Assembly (NCBI GenBank): GCA_963727445.1
Contig: CAVSGI010000020.1
Location: 192,001-256,000 of the forward strand
Source of the DNA: an uncultured delta proteobacterium
GTDB lineage: Bacteria; Myxococcota_A; Polyangia; Polyangiales; B10-G4
Length of the DNA stretch: 64,000 nucleotides
Reading direction: 5' to 3'
The notes beneath the pieces were generated by a model that saw nothing but the letters and a program-made list of their open reading frames with translations, had not been told where the DNA came from and did not search any database. The translations under genes and the position numbers were made by a program. Position 1 is the first letter of the stretch, and each line of letters starts with the position of its first letter. This document shows, piece by piece, positions 61,612-64,000 of the stretch.

Positions 61612-61893
61612 ATGCAGGCTCACAAGTGCGGTCATTGCGGCGGGGGGGAGCTCGAGTGGAAGAGCGACTCGGAGGTGGTGTGTACGCACTGCCGAACGCG
61701 CTATCGCAAGGTGCCGAAGGCGAAGCCCAAGGTCGTGATCTCCAAAGGAGCGAACGTGGTGTTCGGGCCCAACGCGAAGGTCACCGTGCGAGGGGGCATG
61801 GAGATCGAGGAAGGCGCGAACGTGCGGGTCGAGGGCGAGCTGGAGTTCGAGCTGGAGATCATCGAGCTCGGGGACGGCGAGCGCGTCGAGTAG
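61612..61893 (+). CDS. Small zinc-ribbon protein with a beta-rich C-terminus
   Basis: CGHC...[20 protein letters not shown]...[10 protein letters not shown]. Confidence 0.75.
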   Translation: MQAHKCGHCGGGELEWKSDSEVVCTHCRTRYRKVPKAKPKVVISKGANVVFGPNAKVTVRGGMEIEEGANVRVEGELEFELEIIELGDGERVE

Positions 61894-61898
61894 CGGCG

Positions 61899-62888
61899 AT
61901 GCGGCGGCTCTCGTGCACGGTGGCGCTGGCGGCCGCGCTTCTCGTCGCGTGCGGCGGGGACGGGGAACGGAGCGCACGTACCGACACGCCGCGGCCCACA
62001 TCGCCCGCGATCGGGCCGCTTCCGTTTCTGATCCCCGAGGGTGCGGAGGTCGTCGTCACGGCGAGGCCGGCCGAGTTGATGGAAGCCCCGGCCACGCGGA
62101 CCGTGGTGGATGCGGTCTTCGACGCCGATCAGCGCGACGCCTTCGCGCGGCGGACCGGCGTCGAGCCGCACGAGGTCGAGGAGCTGGTGGTCGCCGAGTA
62201 CGAAGACGGCTTCGCGATCATCGCCCGTGGGCCCTGGTCGGCGCGCGACGTGGTCCTGGCCACCGAGTCCAGGATGTCCTCGGTGGAGGTTCGGGCCGAC
62301 GCGCCATTCGTGAGGCGGATGGGCTTTCTGGGAGCCGAGAGGCGCGACGTCACCGCGATCGCGGACCACGTCGTGCTCTTCACGAGCGCGTTGCCCGACG
62401 TCACCGCGACGATCCTGAGCCGCGTGCGCAATGGACGCTTCCCCCAGGGGCACGCCGCCCTGGCGACCCCCGACCTCCGCGCGTTGGTGGAGCGGCATGC
62501 GAGCGCGCCTCTCGCCCTCTACGTGCCGGCGCCGCTCGCGCTGCCGCCCGAGCTCGGCATCGGCATGCTCTTGGCGCGGCAGCGGGCCCTGGCGGCCGTG
62601 GCCACGCCTGCGGGCCCTCCCGACGTCGCGATCGGGGTCCAGTTGGTGGGTGAATTCCCCTCCACGGCCCAGGAGAACTTCGAGACCCTCATCACCTCGG
62701 TGGCCGAGCAGGATTTGGGCGCGGCCCTGGGAATGCGGGAGGCGCTGCCGACGTTGACCGTCCGAGTCGGAGAAAACTCGGTCCTGATGGGTCTCGAGCT
62801 TCGCGCCGAGTCCCTCTCTCTCGGGCTTCGCACCCTCTTTGGAGGCGAGATCGCGGAGCTTCTGGAGGCTCCGGTGCGCGCGCTATAA
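61899..62888 (+). CDS. Hypothetical lipoprotein
   Basis: MRRLSCTVALAAALLVAC lipobox; 329 aa. Confidence 0.78.
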   Translation: MRRLSCTVALAAALLVACGGDGERSARTDTPRPTSPAIGPLPFLIPEGAEVVVTARPAELMEAPATRTVVDAVFDADQRDAFARRTGVEPHEVEELVVAEYEDGFAIIARGPWSARDVVLATESRMSSVEVRADAPFVRRMGFLGAERRDVTAIADHVVLFTSALPDVTATILSRVRNGRFPQGHAALATPDLRALVERHASAPLALYVPAPLALPPELGIGMLLARQRALAAVATPAGPPDVAIGVQLVGEFPSTAQENFETLITSVAEQDLGAALGMREALPTLTVRVGENSVLMGLELRAESLSLGLRTLFGGEIAELLEAPVRAL

Positions 62889-62890
62889 AT

Positions 62891-62955
62891 GTTTGTAATC
62901 GTTTGTAAACCACCCCTGCGGCTTCGTTGACCCAGTCGGGCCCCGGTGCTAAATT
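62891..62955 (+). promoter_or_regulatory. Sigma-70/SigA promoter of cdnL with an upstream direct repeat
   Basis: TTGACC (62927)-17nt-TAAATT (62950) with extended -10 TG; GTTTGTAA x2 at 62891 and 62901. Confidence 0.7.
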
Positions 62956-63029
62956 CACCCTTCGTGCGCGGAGGCAGTTTGCCCGCGCTACGTCGGGGAT
63001 CCATACAGGGGCCCACGCGGAGGTGCGCT

Positions 63030-63530
63030 CTGGGCGCTAAGAAAATTGCGGGTTTCAAGGTCGGCGACAAGGCGGTTCATCCCGCCCATGGCGTGGGCGA
63101 GGTCACGGCGATCGAGAACAAAGAGATCGCTGGTAACGCCAAGAGCTTCTACTTCCTGAAGATCCTCGACACCGGCATGAAGGTGATGGTGCCGACAGAC
63201 GCGGCACAGCGCCTCGGACTGCGTCAGGTGATCTCTCGAAAGGACGCCAAGAAGGTCGTCGAGATCCTCAAGGCCGACGAGGTCGCCGTCACCAGCCAGC
63301 CGTGGAATCGCCGTTATCGCGAGTACACGGAGATGCTCAAGAGCGGCTCTCCCTTCGAGGTCGCCAAGGTGCTGCGCGATCTCTATCGCCTCCGCTCCGA
63401 CAAGGAGCTCAGCTTCGGTGAGCGCCAGCTCCTCGACAAGGCGAAGAGCCTGCTCATCACCGAGCTCGCCCTCGCGCGTCGCGTCAAAGAGCAGACCGTG
63501 GAGTCCGAGATCCAGGGCATCCTCGGCTGA
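63030..63530 (+). CDS. cdnL: CarD/CdnL family RNAP-binding transcription factor (probable CTG start)
   Basis: FKVGDKAVHPAHGVGEV, MKVMVP, WNRRYRE, LSFGERQLL; no HMGA tail. Confidence 0.9.
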   Translation: MGAKKIAGFKVGDKAVHPAHGVGEVTAIENKEIAGNAKSFYFLKILDTGMKVMVPTDAAQRLGLRQVISRKDAKKVVEILKADEVAVTSQPWNRRYREYTEMLKSGSPFEVAKVLRDLYRLRSDKELSFGERQLLDKAKSLLITELALARRVKEQTVESEIQGILG

Positions 63531-63825
63531 GGAGGCGCGAGGTCGCGCCATCGGGCGGCTTACGTCCTCGGTCCCTCCCTGCGAGGTACCTTCAGTACCT
63601 CTCGGTCGGCCCCTGCGGGCGCGCTCGCCCGCTGACACAACCTCGCGCCTCCTCCCTGCGAGGTCGCGCCATCGGGCGGCTTACGTCCTCGGTTCCTCCC
63701 TGCGAGGTACCTTCAGTACCTCTCGGTCGGCCCCTGCGGGCGCGCTCGCCCGCTGACGCAACCTCGCGCCTCCTCCCTGCGAGGTCGCGCCATCGGGCGG
63801 CTTACGGTCCCTGCGGGCGCGCTCG
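63529..63825. repeat. 121-bp tandem palindromic repeat (two full copies, one internally deleted) between convergent genes
   Basis: GCGAGGTCGCGCC at 63537, 63658 and 63779; 15-bp inverted repeat 63529-63543 / 63640-63654. Confidence 0.92.
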
Positions 63826-63830
63826 TGGCT

Positions 63831-64000
63831 TCAGGGATCGTGGCGGGAGGCTTTTTCGTCGATCCCCGAGGTGCCGAAGCGGCGGGCGAGCTCGCGCTCG
63901 ACGTCCTCGAGGGTGAGGCCGCGCGCGAGCAGGCCGACCATGACGTGGTAGAGCACGTCGGCGGCCTCGGAGACCACGCGCTCGTCGCTCTCTTCGGTGA
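63831..64000 (-). CDS. hisE: Phosphoribosyl-ATP pyrophosphohydrolase (HisE or HisIE), 3' part
   Basis: Manual translation [47 protein letters not shown]. Confidence 0.92.
   Translation of the reverse strand, partial: TEESDERVVSEAADVLYHVMVGLLARGLTLEDVERELARRFGTSGIDEKASRHDP

Noticed and set aside
61278..61898. N-terminal extension of the 61899 lipoprotein (DADAVT repeats)
   Set aside because: Runs through the tandem repeat and overlaps the zinc-ribbon gene; a clean lipoprotein signal starts at 61899
63529..63825. CRISPR array or tRNA
   Set aside because: Whole 121-bp units repeat with no unique spacers; no cloverleaf or T-loop motif

Overview
High-GC bacterial DNA, most likely Myxococcota (inferred from MYXO-CTERM-like tails, DUF4388 proteins, CdnL, Cys-rich lipoproteins and sigma-54 activators). 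About 50 CDS were found; no rRNA, tRNA or CRISPR array was seen. Housekeeping genes include grxD-bolA, an rlmN-like gene, fabD, a membrane pyrophosphatase, fur, secA, lolA, glmS, an M16 peptidase pair, cinA-thpR-recA, cdnL and hisE. The main accessory block is a ~14.5 kb predicted sulfane-sulfur island (22.8-37.3 kb). It holds a USP, a PmpAB-like YeeE/YedE pair, two sigma-54 activators, two persulfide-dioxygenase-type MBL proteins, and a Tat-less Cys-ligated molybdoenzyme with a fused 4Fe-4S/NrfD subunit and a TorD-type chaperone. Its three putative promoters share one sigma-54/enhancer layout. Other notable items: a candidate sigma-54-driven structured sRNA at ~43.07-43.30 kb, a lipoprotein with 13 disintegrin-like repeats, three families of small non-coding repeats or MITEs, and a probable CTG start for cdnL. 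About 18 frameshifts (secA, recA, glmS, M16 and others) look like consensus artefacts rather than real gene decay. All calls come from motif recognition by eye; no database search or folding program was run.
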